A stretch of DNA of 42,932 nt. It comes from an uncultured bacterium. Its GTDB lineage: Bacteria > Bacillota > Clostridia > Oscillospirales > Acutalibacteraceae. This document shows positions 1-10,357 of the stretch, in pieces. The stretch spans positions 1 through 42,932 of the forward strand of contig CASFDQ010000130.1 of the NCBI GenBank assembly GCA_949293385.1. The letters are read 5' to 3'. How positions within the stretch are numbered: position 1 is the first letter of the stretch; each line of letters begins with the position of its first letter. A program made the translations under genes and the position numbers. The notes under the pieces were generated by a model that was not told the DNA's origin, did not search any database, and worked only from the letters and a program-made list of their open reading frames with translations.

Positions 1-170
1 GCAAGTCGAAATTTTGCGACAATGAGATCCCGTCACCTGCGGTGCCGCGCTACGCGTTCGACAGGCGAAGGCAAGACCCATTGTCGCAAGCAAAGTCGCA
101 AAATCGCCGTAGGCGGAATCTCGTCGGAGATCAAAACTATTTCGCCGCGCCCTACAACGATTACCGTAAA
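1..170. repeat. Multi-hairpin intergenic repeat, copy A; the window starts inside it. Reverse-complement copy of 39423..39590.
   Basis: The reverse complement of 1..56 matches 39523..39578 with 2 substitutions in 56 nt. The alignment continues to about 170 with one indel of about 13 nt. It is built of short stems with 3-4 nt loops (cgcc/gta/ggcg, atctc/gtcg/gagat, cgcg/cta/cgcg) plus a long-range pair ttgcgacaatg (14..24) / cattgtcgcaa (79..89). Confidence 0.8.
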
Positions 171-209
171 ACCATTCTTTGATTTATTCTATATTCATAT
201 ATCCTTTCA

Positions 210-233
210 CGAACGGGGCGCCTGTTCGTTTTT
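210..233 (+). terminator. Rho-independent terminator for a + strand transcript entering from the left edge
   Basis: Stem cgaacgg / cctgttcg with a GC-rich loop, followed by TTTTT. It is convergent with the DMT gene that ends at 236. Confidence 0.5.
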
Positions 234-235
234 GC

Positions 236-1093
236 TTATAAACTGAAGAGAATAATGACTCCTATTCCGAGAAGTAAAATGATCCCCGTTCTTAGGGTAA
301 GGCGTTCTCGGAAGATCAGCAGGCTCAGCACCGCCGTCAGAAGAATTACCGAAACGTTCTGAAGAGGGAAGAAAACGGCCGAGCTCATCCTTCCTGCCAG
401 AATGGTATTAAAGAGGTTTGCCCCGCCAAAGCAGGCTCCCGTAAGGGCAGGGGGAATGCAGGCTTTAAAAGAAAATCTAAAGCCTTTACCGAAAATTAAA
501 AATGCAACAAGGGAGAAGATAAAGGCAAAGAAAAAGGCAATCGCCAAAAAGCCCTCCTTCTCCTCTGCGAAGGCGGATGACTGCTGAACCTTCTGCATAA
601 TTCCGAGCCCTCCCGAGGCCGTCATAGCCACGAGAATAAAGGGTATAAATATTCCGTGAGCGGTCTCCGTTTTTTCCTTTTTTGCCGAAAGCAGAATAAT
701 AAGGACAGCAACGAGAATACCGAGGAAACTGAAAATAGTTAAGTCTTCATTCCAAAAATAGGTTCCGACAAGGGTAGGTATTATAAACCCGAGGGAATAG
801 ATCACCGTGCAGACCGAGGCGGTTCCGTTTTTAAGAGCTAAGGTGAACATCCACTGGGAAATGAGGAGTAAAATCCCGTAAATTCCGCCGAAAACCCGGG
901 TTACGGACGAAGCGTTTATCAGATCGGTTATTCCGAAAATAAGCATTAAAACGGCGGCACAGCCGAAAAGAAGGGTCTGCGAGAAAAAGAACTGAGCTTT
1001 TCCGCTGTAGGAGACAGCGGTCTTCTTCGAGATAAGGTTTCGGCCTGATGATAGGGAGACCGATAAAAGAAGATAAGGAATATTCTCTGTCAT
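236..1093 (-). CDS. Polytopic membrane protein, DMT/EamA-like transporter (about 10 TM)
   Basis: 285-aa ORF, hydrophobic throughout, with two similar halves. Its start overlaps the GH5 stop by 4 nt (ATGA-type coupling), so it is probably co-transcribed with the glycosidase. Confidence 0.6.
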   Translation of the reverse strand: MTENIPYLLLSVSLSSGRNLISKKTAVSYSGKAQFFFSQTLLFGCAAVLMLIFGITDLINASSVTRVFGGIYGILLLISQWMFTLALKNGTASVCTVIYSLGFIIPTLVGTYFWNEDLTIFSFLGILVAVLIILLSAKKEKTETAHGIFIPFILVAMTASGGLGIMQKVQQSSAFAEEKEGFLAIAFFFAFIFSLVAFLIFGKGFRFSFKACIPPALTGACFGGANLFNTILAGRMSSAVFFPLQNVSVILLTAVLSLLIFRERLTLRTGIILLLGIGVIILFSL

Positions 1094-2178
1094 ACCTCGC
1101 CTCTGATGATCTTTGCCATTTCCTCGCTTAAAATTTTGCGGTTATCATCGTCAACGAGGCTGAATCGGTTTCCGTCGTTAGGGGTACTGAGGTAGTTCCA
1201 GACGCAGTAGGGAATATCGTTTTCCTTAAGTATGGTAATGACGTCCCTCATCCAGTTTTCACGCCATTTTATATCGGCGTGACGGATGGTGCCGAACTCG
1301 CCGCACCAAAGGATCTTGTCGGGGTGCTCTTTTACAAACTCTGTGGCAGGCTTTAAAACGTTACGCATAAATCCGATATCCATTTTCTCATAATTCTCGA
1401 AAGCCGAGAGCTTATTATGTACGACCTTTTGATAATCGCGATAGCGTTCTATATCGCAGGGATAGGGCATGGCGCGGTTATAATAAAGAGTCGCTGCCTG
1501 TAAGACCCCTCTTTGATGGGTGAACTCAAAGGGCTCGTAGGAATGGAAGGTATAAATTATATTTTCATCGTCATATATTTTAAGATGCTTAAGGGTGTAA
1601 GCGCTGTTCCAGCAGGTGGAGCCGATAATAATCTTTCTTTCCTTGTTTTTCTCCCTGATAAGGGTCACCGTCTTGTCTGCAAGGCGGTTCCATTTTTCGG
1701 GATCAACGTTTCTTACCTCGTTAAGAAGCTCGAAGGCGATGGAATTATCATCTGCGTATCTTTCCTCAAAAGCCAGCCAGAGGGAGATAAAGCGGTTCTG
1801 AAGCTCCTCGTCGTCAAGCAGCTCAACCTCCTCTTTTATGTCGCAGTAATTACCGACCGCCTTGTGCATATTAAGAACGATATTCAGCCCGTGCTTTTTG
1901 CACCAGCCGATAAAGTTGTCGATGTGACCGAATATCTCCTCACGGTAGATGTAGGGCTTTTCCTCGAAAACTATCTGATCGAAGCCTAAGCGGATATGAT
2001 CCATTCCGAGGCTTGCTATATACTTAACGTCCTCTTCGGTGATATAGGTGGCGAAATGCTCCATATCGCCCACCGTCAGACAGAGTCTTCTGTCCGGGGG
2101 CAAAACGTTAAACCTCTTATAGTTTGTAAGCCAGCCGCCTATTCCCATTCCGTGTTCAAAACCGATAAATCTTTTCAT
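1090..2178 (-). CDS. Glycoside hydrolase family 5 (cellulase/mannanase-type)
   Basis: Has the GH5 hallmarks ELLNE (acid/base NE motif) and CGEFG (nucleophile Glu), and the GIGGWL N-terminus typical of intracellular GH5. No signal peptide. The start is more likely MKRF at 2178 than the ORF-track start at 2190. Confidence 0.85.
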   Translation of the reverse strand: MKRFIGFEHGMGIGGWLTNYKRFNVLPPDRRLCLTVGDMEHFATYITEEDVKYIASLGMDHIRLGFDQIVFEEKPYIYREEIFGHIDNFIGWCKKHGLNIVLNMHKAVGNYCDIKEEVELLDDEELQNRFISLWLAFEERYADDNSIAFELLNEVRNVDPEKWNRLADKTVTLIREKNKERKIIIGSTCWNSAYTLKHLKIYDDENIIYTFHSYEPFEFTHQRGVLQAATLYYNRAMPYPCDIERYRDYQKVVHNKLSAFENYEKMDIGFMRNVLKPATEFVKEHPDKILWCGEFGTIRHADIKWRENWMRDVITILKENDIPYCVWNYLSTPNDGNRFSLVDDDNRKILSEEMAKIIRGEV

Positions 2179-2305
2179 AACTGCCTCCAAGCGAAATATT
2201 TGAAACTACCCTTATTATAGCGCGCTAAGGTCCTTGAAAGAATAACTGTGCATTTTTATACTTGCACAAAAGATAGATTTTTGATATTATATCATCGGTG
2301 ATGCT

Positions 2306-3040
2306 ATGAGTAAGGTTTCTGTTTCGATAACAAAGGAGGGTACTAAAAAATACCCCCTTCATCAGCACTCCTACGGGGAAATAATGTATTATCTCAGCGG
2401 AAGGGGAGAGCTTGCCACCGAAAATGGCGGAATCCCCTTCGAGCCGGGAAGCATTATAATCGTTCCTCCTAAAACGGTGCACGGCTCGGTGTCCGAGGAG
2501 GGATTTGTGAATATTTCGGTAGGAGCCGATTTCGGCAATCTCTTTTTGCTCGATAAGATCGTAAAAATTACCGATAGTGACGATAAAAGCGGAGAGCGGA
2601 TTGCGCGGCTCATATACGATAACCGTCATTCGGGTGAGGAATATCTTACCTCACTTACCGTTGCCTACGCTCATTTTATTCTTCAGAGCATAAAGCTGGA
2701 TAAGAAGATAACCCGTGCAGTAGCCGATATCGTCGGCGAAATAAGCAAGAGCTTTTCCGACCCGAGGCTCGAGCTGACCCCGCTGCTCATAAAAAGCGGG
2801 TACGCCGAAGACTATATAAGGACCGAATTCAAAAGGGCTACGGGCCTTACCCCCACCGAGCTACTGACCAAGCTCAGAATAGAACAGGCGCAAAAGCTGT
2901 TTGAAATATACGGCGGCAATATGTCGGTCTCGGAGATAGCTGAGGCCTGCGGATTCGACGACCCCGTCTACTTTTCCCGCCGCTTTAAAAGCTTTACGGG
3001 CACCTCCCCGTCTGCCTATAAAAAACAAAACCCGAGATGA
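2306..3040 (+). CDS. AraC family transcriptional regulator (cupin sensor + HTH)
   Basis: N-terminal cupin-like region (HQHSYGEIMYYLSG) and a C-terminal AraC HTH signature (GFDDPVYFSRRFKSFTGTSPSAY). Confidence 0.85.
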   Translation: MSKVSVSITKEGTKKYPLHQHSYGEIMYYLSGRGELATENGGIPFEPGSIIIVPPKTVHGSVSEEGFVNISVGADFGNLFLLDKIVKITDSDDKSGERIARLIYDNRHSGEEYLTSLTVAYAHFILQSIKLDKKITRAVADIVGEISKSFSDPRLELTPLLIKSGYAEDYIRTEFKRATGLTPTELLTKLRIEQAQKLFEIYGGNMSVSEIAEACGFDDPVYFSRRFKSFTGTSPSAYKKQNPR

Positions 3041-3057
3041 ATTTCATCTCGGGTTTT
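3031..3057. terminator. Bidirectional terminator between the AraC gene and abfA
   Basis: Perfect 10-bp stem cccgagatga/tcatctcggg with loop att. It is flanked by an A-run on the left and TTTT on the right. Confidence 0.7.
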
Positions 3058-3061
3058 CCGT

Positions 3062-4576
<1,515 letters not shown>

Positions 4577-4654
4577 TTAAAAACTTGAAATGCATTAAAC
4601 AATAGTTTATAATGCTATAAAACTGATGTTTTCTGCTTTTTGGAGCGTGATGTT

Positions 4655-5482
4655 ATGAAAATAGTAAACTGCGGCTACGACTACCGTCACGACGAGACCT
4701 TTCGAATAAATCGCCCGAGCGGAACGGGGGACTGTATACTGCTTATCCTCCGCTCCCCCGGATTTTTCGTGTTTGAGGGGAAAACCCACCGAAGCAGGGG
4801 AAACGCCGTCGTGCTTTTTAAGAAGGATACGCCTCAGCTCTACGGTGCAGACGGTGCTGAATTTATAAACGACTGGGTGCATTTTGAGGCCGAAGACGGT
4901 GATATGAAGCGTTACGAGGCTCTCGGACTTCCCTTCGACAGGGTTTTGGAGTTTGAAAACGTAAATGAATTTTCGAAGCTTATTAAAAATATTTTCTTCG
5001 AAAAATATTCGCAAAGTAAAAATAATACCGAGTCGGCCAAGCTCTATTTCGAGCTTATTATGTTCAAAATCTCCGATCTGCTCGATAAAAACGATATGAC
5101 CTATTCTGCTTTGTCTGAGAAGCTGTCGGAGCTCAGAAACGCGATATATTCAAACCCGCAAAGGGATTGGTCGGTTGAGAAGATAGCGAAAGAGCTTTCG
5201 GTAAGCCTTTCTTATCTTCAGCACCGGCATAAGCAGCTTTTCGGGAACAGTATAAAAAGGGACGTGACCCTGAGCCGAACGGAATACGCAAAATACCTGC
5301 TCTACAGTACCGACTATACCGTCTCGGCGGTCTCCTCCCTCTGCGGCTACGAAAACGACGTTCACTTTATGCGGATATTTAAGAAGGAAACGGGCTATAC
5401 CCCGACGAAATACCGCGAGGCAAAAAGCATTTCTTCCGAAAAGGTAAAGGAGTCGAAAAGATATATGCCCTTTTCTCTGTGA
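4655..5482 (+). CDS. AraC family transcriptional regulator
   Basis: C-terminal AraC HTH (GYENDVHFMRIFKKETGYTPTKYR). ATG at 4655 lies 9 nt after a GGAG; the ORF-track start at 4640 is a TTG. Confidence 0.85.
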   Translation: MKIVNCGYDYRHDETFRINRPSGTGDCILLILRSPGFFVFEGKTHRSRGNAVVLFKKDTPQLYGADGAEFINDWVHFEAEDGDMKRYEALGLPFDRVLEFENVNEFSKLIKNIFFEKYSQSKNNTESAKLYFELIMFKISDLLDKNDMTYSALSEKLSELRNAIYSNPQRDWSVEKIAKELSVSLSYLQHRHKQLFGNSIKRDVTLSRTEYAKYLLYSTDYTVSAVSSLCGYENDVHFMRIFKKETGYTPTKYREAKSISSEKVKESKRYMPFSL

Positions 5483-5497
5483 CCAAACTATAAAAAC

Positions 5498-5532
5498 AGC
5501 AAAAGCGAGGTGGATCTCACCTCGCTTTTGCT
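5498..5532. terminator. Bidirectional terminator between convergent AraC genes
   Basis: 15-bp stem agcaaaagcgaggtg / cacctcgcttttgct with a 5-nt loop, flanked by A and T runs. Confidence 0.75.
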
Positions 5533-5557
5533 ATGTATGGGTAAAAATATGCTGTTT

Positions 5558-6307
5558 TTATTTTCCGTATGTTTTAAGATCTCTCGGGGTACAGCCGAAC
5601 TGCTTTTTAACGACCCTTGCAAAATATTTGGGGTCATTAAAACCGCTTTCATAAGTGGCGTTTTCTATCGAAACTCCGTTGGATATGAGGCTTCTTGCGT
5701 ATTCAAGCCTCAGGCTTGTGATATATTCTATCGGAGTCTTTTGATAGTATTTTCTGAAAAGCTGTCTGAAATGGGTTGCGCTCATTCCCGCCTCGGAGCA
5801 GATCGCAGCGATATCGAGAGTGCTGTTTTTGTAGTTGGAATTTATAAAGGAAATCGCCTTAAGAAAATGCTCAGGCTGATTTATCTTGGTGCTTTTTTCG
5901 AGGATAAGCCCTAAGATCATATAAAGCTGTGAAAGGACGTAGACGTTAAAGCCGGGCTCCTTGTTTTTCCAGACGCTGAGAGCGCTTAAAAACAGCTTAT
6001 AGATCTTTTCGACGTTTTGAAAGGAATACACCTCCAGCTCCTTGTCGTCCCGAGAGGCGATAAAATGAATTACAAGTATTTCCGTATCGACATATTCCGC
6101 CTTGTAGGAAACGTTTTGAGGCAAATACAGGATATCGTTTGAACGTATATAATATTCCTTTCCGTCGGCGGTGATCGTCGTGTTACCGCTTATTCGAAAA
6201 GCAAGTGCCGAATAAGCGCGGGCCTTTACGTCAAAAACGCCGCTTTTCCAGCATACCCGCTCAACGCCTACGATCTTTAAAACAGGGTTATTGCCGTCGC
6301 ATAACAT
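5558..6307 (-). CDS. AraC family transcriptional regulator
   Basis: AraC HTH (GFNDPKYFARVVKKQFGCTPRDL). The upstream part of the ORF-track ORF contains a TGCTATAAT promoter box, so the start is probably the ATG at 6307, preceded by GGGGGTGGA. Confidence 0.85.
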   Translation of the reverse strand: MLCDGNNPVLKIVGVERVCWKSGVFDVKARAYSALAFRISGNTTITADGKEYYIRSNDILYLPQNVSYKAEYVDTEILVIHFIASRDDKELEVYSFQNVEKIYKLFLSALSVWKNKEPGFNVYVLSQLYMILGLILEKSTKINQPEHFLKAISFINSNYKNSTLDIAAICSEAGMSATHFRQLFRKYYQKTPIEYITSLRLEYARSLISNGVSIENATYESGFNDPKYFARVVKKQFGCTPRDLKTYGK

Positions 6308-6325
6308 TTTATCCACCCCCACCTC

Positions 6326-6353
6326 ATTATAGCACAAAATCACCGCAAGTCAA
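6326..6353 (-). promoter_or_regulatory. Sigma-70/SigA-type promoter of the AraC gene 5558..6307
   Basis: On the minus strand: TTGACT, 16 nt spacer, TGCTATAAT (extended -10). Confidence 0.55.
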
Positions 6354-6355
6354 CA

Positions 6356-6386
6356 GTTGAATAATCCACCTTTTGTGTTGAATAGT
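6356..6386 (+). promoter_or_regulatory. Direct repeat GTTGAATAAT / GTTGAATAGT, candidate AraC-type operator
   Basis: Two 10-mers, identical at 9 of 10 positions, start at 6356 and 6377. The 21-nt spacing is two helical turns. They lie in the divergent region between the AraC gene and the 6470..10044 operon. Confidence 0.4.
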
Positions 6387-6469
6387 GAGTTTCCTTCAGG
6401 CGCGTTAAGGTATATTATTGAATTGGTTAAGGCGGTAGCATTAAAAAACTAACTAAAAGGAGAAAAGCT

Positions 6470-7507
6470 ATGGCAATTAAACACACGGCGGTAAGCTACT
6501 ACGGATTAAACTACGTGGAGCACGCGATCGAAGATTTTAAGGAGATGAAGGATCACGGCTGTGACACGGTCATTCTCGCTATCACTGAGTTTGACGTGGA
6601 CTTCTGGTTCCCCAATATCAACAATATCGTAAAGGCGGCTCACGATTTAGGCCTTCGGGTCATTGCGGATACCTGGGGTATCGGTAAATATTTCGGCGGA
6701 GAGCAGGTAAGCCTCTTTCTGCAGAATAATATTCACCACCGTCAGGTTTCGGCTTACACAGGCGAGGTTTTAAACGCCGCCTGCTTTAACACCAATTCCT
6801 TCCGTGACTATTTCAAAAACATCTGTCTGAAGATCGCCAAGAACACCGAGGTCGACGGCTTTTTCTGGGACGAGCCGCACTACGCTTATCCTAAATCCTA
6901 CGCTTCTATTACGGGCGGTGCAGGTGACGACTGGGCCTGCCGCTGTCCCGAATGTATGAAGAAGTTCGAGGAATACTACGGCTACGAAATGCCCAAGTTT
7001 ATGAACGACGACGTTAAGCAGTTCCGCTGGCGCGAGGCCCTCTTTACTTTAAGCGATACCTCAAAGGCCTTAAAGGAGTATAACCCCGACCTCGAGATCA
7101 CCTGCTGTGTTCACGCAACCTTAAACAGCTACTACGTAACCGAGCTTCGCGGCTACGATAACTGGGATATGGTAGCCTCCTGTCCCTATTTCGACGTCTT
7201 CTCTACCACCATTATCAACTGGTCGTTGCCCGAGAGCTTCTTCCGCGAAATTACCGAAAGAACGGTAGCAATGGCTAAGAAATACGGTAAGCAGAGCGAG
7301 CGTTGGCTTATGGGCTATAACAAGCGTCCCGACGACTTTGCACAGATCGACAAGGTGGTAGATATGTACGAGGAATTAGGGGTAGACCGTCTTGCGACCT
7401 GGACCTACCGCGGCGGCTACGGAACGGTCGTTGCCGCAAAGGACCCGATTGAGCTTTGGGACAATATCGGAAGAAATTATAAACGCGTACTTAAAAAGGA
7501 GGACTAA
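6470..7507 (+). CDS. Uncharacterised TIM-barrel-like protein, tentatively glycoside-hydrolase-like (GH42-like Cys motif)
   Basis: 345-aa ORF with a good RBS (AAAGGAGA). It shows an alternating beta/alpha pattern. The segment WDEPHY...CRCPECMKKFEEYYG resembles the NE acid/base segment followed by the CxCxxC...F..W/Y zinc motif of GH42 enzymes. This assignment is from memory of the family and has not been searched. Confidence 0.4.
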   Translation: MAIKHTAVSYYGLNYVEHAIEDFKEMKDHGCDTVILAITEFDVDFWFPNINNIVKAAHDLGLRVIADTWGIGKYFGGEQVSLFLQNNIHHRQVSAYTGEVLNAACFNTNSFRDYFKNICLKIAKNTEVDGFFWDEPHYAYPKSYASITGGAGDDWACRCPECMKKFEEYYGYEMPKFMNDDVKQFRWREALFTLSDTSKALKEYNPDLEITCCVHATLNSYYVTELRGYDNWDMVASCPYFDVFSTTIINWSLPESFFREITERTVAMAKKYGKQSERWLMGYNKRPDDFAQIDKVVDMYEELGVDRLATWTYRGGYGTVVAAKDPIELWDNIGRNYKRVLKKED

Positions 7508-7510
7508 AAT

Positions 7511-8260
7511 ATGAACGATTTCGGATACTATAAGGCTGTTATCGAAAACCTGGAGAAGGTAAATGCGACTCAGGAGGAAAACATCAAAAAGGCGGCCTCC
7601 CTTATGGCAGACGCCATTGAAAACGACCGTCTTATAAACGTTTACGGAGGCGGCGGTCATACCACCCTGCCGGTCGGCGAAATGTTTTTCCGTGCGGGTG
7701 GCCTTTCCTGCATCAATCCCGTAATGGAAACGGGACTTTCGGTCTTTAATCAGGCCCTTAAATATTTAGAGCTTGAAAGAACCGTAAACTACGGTAGCTC
7801 GATAGTAAAATATTACGACCTTAAAAAGGACGATCTTCTTATAATTTTCCACAATATCGGAATCAATCCCGCTACCATCGACGCGGCAATGGAGGCCAAA
7901 AAGAAAGGCGCTAAAATAATAGCCGTTTCAAGCGAGGCCTGGCAAAAGGAAATGCCTGCCGATCACTTTATCCGTCATCCTAACAAGACGAATCTTTTTG
8001 ATTACGCCGACGTTTGCATAGAGGATTTCAACCCCGTCGGTGACGCCGTTGTAAATGTCCCCGGACTCGACACCCCCATCGGACCCGTTTCCAACATCGT
8101 CGATTTCTATATTGCACACCTGCTTGAGATCGAATGTGTAAGGCAGTGCATCGAAAGAGGCATCACCCCTCCCGTTTGGTCAAGCGCAAACACCCCGGGC
8201 GGTGACGAGAAAAATGCGGCCTACCTTGAAAAATACAAGCCTAGAGTTAAAATGCTTTAA
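7511..8260 (+). CDS. SIS (sugar isomerase) domain protein, UPF0309-like
   Basis: The motif NVYGGGGHTTLPVGEMFFRAGGL and the ~250-aa size are typical of the UPF0309/SIS family. It begins 3 nt after the preceding gene. Confidence 0.7.
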   Translation: MNDFGYYKAVIENLEKVNATQEENIKKAASLMADAIENDRLINVYGGGGHTTLPVGEMFFRAGGLSCINPVMETGLSVFNQALKYLELERTVNYGSSIVKYYDLKKDDLLIIFHNIGINPATIDAAMEAKKKGAKIIAVSSEAWQKEMPADHFIRHPNKTNLFDYADVCIEDFNPVGDAVVNVPGLDTPIGPVSNIVDFYIAHLLEIECVRQCIERGITPPVWSSANTPGGDEKNAAYLEKYKPRVKML

Positions 8261-8274
8261 AGGAGCTGAAAGCA

Positions 8275-8967
8275 ATGACAAATTTACAGGAAAAGCTCGA
8301 TTTTCTTACCGAAAAATACGACGTGGAAAAAAGAGCGGTGCTAAAGGATGAAAAAACCGTTATAATAGACGGTCGGGATATCCCCCTTTTCTCACACCGA
8401 CTTGAACGCAGATTTATCGAGCTTAAAAACATCGTTCAGGGCGGTACTCTCGTGGGTATCAGCGTTATGCGTGTTGCTCGTATCGTAGAAAAGGGATCGG
8501 ATATTTTTGCCGAGCTTTACCGAGAGCTGGACATCTGTCAGTACGTTTTAGGGAGAAAGCTTGTCGGAATTACCGCTATGCAAAACGACAATACCCTTAA
8601 TCTTATCGCAACCGCAGAAGAGGGCATCGTTTGCACCTTAGAGATATCCGCCACCCTTAAGGAGGGAGAGCCCGCAAAGGATAAGCACGAGATCATTTCT
8701 CAGCGCGGTATAGCCTGCGACGTCGTTGTTGACGCACAGCTAAAGCAGGACTCCATCTACCTTTTCGGCTCCGAGAATAAGAAATTCACCGACGTTGATT
8801 TTGAGCTTTACGGACTTTCTGCCGAGGATATCGCGATCGTTCGTTCTGCCTTTACTGCCACCCAAAAGGGTACCGAGGAGGAGCTCCTGGCCGCCGATTC
8901 CAAGCTTAAGGCGTTGGTGGAAAAGGCAAGAATTTCCGCCGAAACCGGAGAAAGGCAGGTAATATAA
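8275..8967 (+). CDS. Hypothetical protein, possibly a Gfo/Idh/MocA C-terminal-like domain without a Rossmann fold
   Basis: 230-aa ORF with no recognisable motif. It is translationally coupled to the next gene (stop TAA, then ATG immediately). Confidence 0.35.
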   Translation: MTNLQEKLDFLTEKYDVEKRAVLKDEKTVIIDGRDIPLFSHRLERRFIELKNIVQGGTLVGISVMRVARIVEKGSDIFAELYRELDICQYVLGRKLVGITAMQNDNTLNLIATAEEGIVCTLEISATLKEGEPAKDKHEIISQRGIACDVVVDAQLKQDSIYLFGSENKKFTDVDFELYGLSAEDIAIVRSAFTATQKGTEEELLAADSKLKALVEKARISAETGERQVI

Positions 8968-10044
8968 ATGAAACCGTTAAAAATTGCTATGATGAGTATG
9001 ACCCATGGCCATACGAGAAAATATTATCAGACCCTTAAGGATAACCCTAAGCTCGATTGGGTAGCGGTCGCTACCGCCAACGAAGAGGTAAAGGAGATAT
9101 TTTTAAACAGCGTACAGGGTATACCCTGCTACGACAGCGAGATCGAAATGCTGGACGCACACCCCGAGATCGAGGCCGTAGTTCTTGCCAGCGAAAACAG
9201 CGAGCATCTTCGTCAGATGAAGCTTTGTGCCGAGCGCGGTATTCATATTCTTTCCATGAAGGTGCCGACCTTCGATATGGACGAATACGACGAGATGATA
9301 GACGTTATCGAAAAGAAGGGTCTCGTTTGTCAGGTAGAGCTTGAAATGCATTATAATCCCGTTATCGTGCGAATGAAGGAGCTGCTCTTGAAAGGCGAGA
9401 TCGGTAAGATCAAGTCCTTTAACGCAACCAATATTACCCTTTCTCCCGTTTGGGCCTTCCCTTGGCAGGGTGTTCCCGAGAAAAGCTATGGAAAGCGCGT
9501 GCCCATAAAGGAGGGCGATCCCCGTTTCCGCGGAGGTGCACTTTGCGACCATCCCCATATTTTCGATATGATCCGCCACATGACGGGAAGCGATTTTGAA
9601 AGCATTTACGCCGAGGTGGCGCCCAACATCCGCCCCGATATCGAAGAGGAGGATATGCTTTCGGTTATCGGCAGAATGAAAGACGGAACCGTCTTTTCTC
9701 TCGACCCCTCCTGGTCTAAGATGGAGGAGCGTATCAAGGTTCCCGGTCCGGGCTGGGAGGTGTTCCCCAAGCGTATGGAGGTAAATATTACCATAAACGG
9801 CGAAAAGGGAACCCTGATGGCCGACTGCTTCGGACCCAACGTCTACCATAACGGCTGTCCGAACGACAGATATACCGTTCAGTATACCTACTTTGACGAG
9901 TGGATCGGTCTTATAGACGAGTTTGTTGATAATATCAGAAACTCCAAAACGCCTCTTATCAACCTCAAATGGCATAAGCGTACCATCGAGGCAATGAACG
10001 CCGTGTACGAGAGTATCGCCACGGGCAAGGTCGTCAAATTATAA
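8968..10044 (+). CDS. Gfo/Idh/MocA family oxidoreductase
   Basis: N-terminal Rossmann-like segment (LKIAMMSMTHGH...AVVLASENSEH...GIHILSMKVP) and a C-terminal alpha/beta domain of the typical length. Confidence 0.75.
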   Translation: MKPLKIAMMSMTHGHTRKYYQTLKDNPKLDWVAVATANEEVKEIFLNSVQGIPCYDSEIEMLDAHPEIEAVVLASENSEHLRQMKLCAERGIHILSMKVPTFDMDEYDEMIDVIEKKGLVCQVELEMHYNPVIVRMKELLLKGEIGKIKSFNATNITLSPVWAFPWQGVPEKSYGKRVPIKEGDPRFRGGALCDHPHIFDMIRHMTGSDFESIYAEVAPNIRPDIEEEDMLSVIGRMKDGTVFSLDPSWSKMEERIKVPGPGWEVFPKRMEVNITINGEKGTLMADCFGPNVYHNGCPNDRYTVQYTYFDEWIGLIDEFVDNIRNSKTPLINLKWHKRTIEAMNAVYESIATGKVVKL

Positions 10045-10049
10045 AACTA

Positions 10050-10080
10050 AAAAGCGAGGTGAAAACCTCGCTTTTGCTTT
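10050..10080. terminator. Terminator of the 6470..10044 operon (bidirectional)
   Basis: 11-bp stem aaaagcgaggt / acctcgctttt with a GAAA loop, followed by a T-rich run. Confidence 0.75.
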
Positions 10081-10086
10081 TATCGG

Positions 10087-10269
10087 TTAATATCCGTTAT
10101 ATCCGTTATAACGGTCTATAATGTTCCTTACCGCCCGAAAAAACCTTTCAGCGTCACTATGTATCTCCAATGGGTCGCCTTCGCGAATCCGCATAGTGCG
10201 ACGGATTTCTTTGGGGATAACCACACGACCCAAATCGTCTATTCTACGAACAATTCCGGTGGCTTTCAT
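10087..10269 (-). CDS. SpoVT/AbrB-type swapped-hairpin DNA-binding domain only; truncated SpoVT-like copy
   Basis: MKATGIVRRIDDLGRVVIPKEIRRTMRIREGDPLEI is nearly the canonical SpoVT N-terminus. After residue ~37 the similarity ends. The ORF stops after 60 aa, inside a tandem 9-nt repeat (atccgttat x2, encoding NGYNGY). The C-terminal GAF-like domain of SpoVT is absent. Confidence 0.7.
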   Translation of the reverse strand: MKATGIVRRIDDLGRVVIPKEIRRTMRIREGDPLEIHSDAERFFRAVRNIIDRYNGYNGY

Positions 10270-10357
10270 AATTATATAAAAACTCCTTGCTTTACAGACC
10301 TGACTGTTAGTATCTGTAAACACACGAGATTTATACTGCGCGAATTGACTTTTTAAT

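Noticed and set aside
9103-9975. Long antisense ORFs opposite real genes (9103..9975, 21104..21568, 24364..25041, 29138..29977, 31687..32457, 34082..34852, 3662..4144, 1513..1989)
   Set aside because: They are shadow ORFs on the strand opposite well-supported genes. They have low-complexity or biased composition (Ala/Ser/Arg/Gly-rich), no RBS and no recognisable motifs.
10087-10269. The AbrB-fold ORF as an antitoxin (MazE/AbrB type) of a toxin-antitoxin pair
   Set aside because: There is no adjacent small toxin ORF on either side. The sequence is specifically SpoVT-like rather than MazE-like, and the downstream sequence is the operon terminator.
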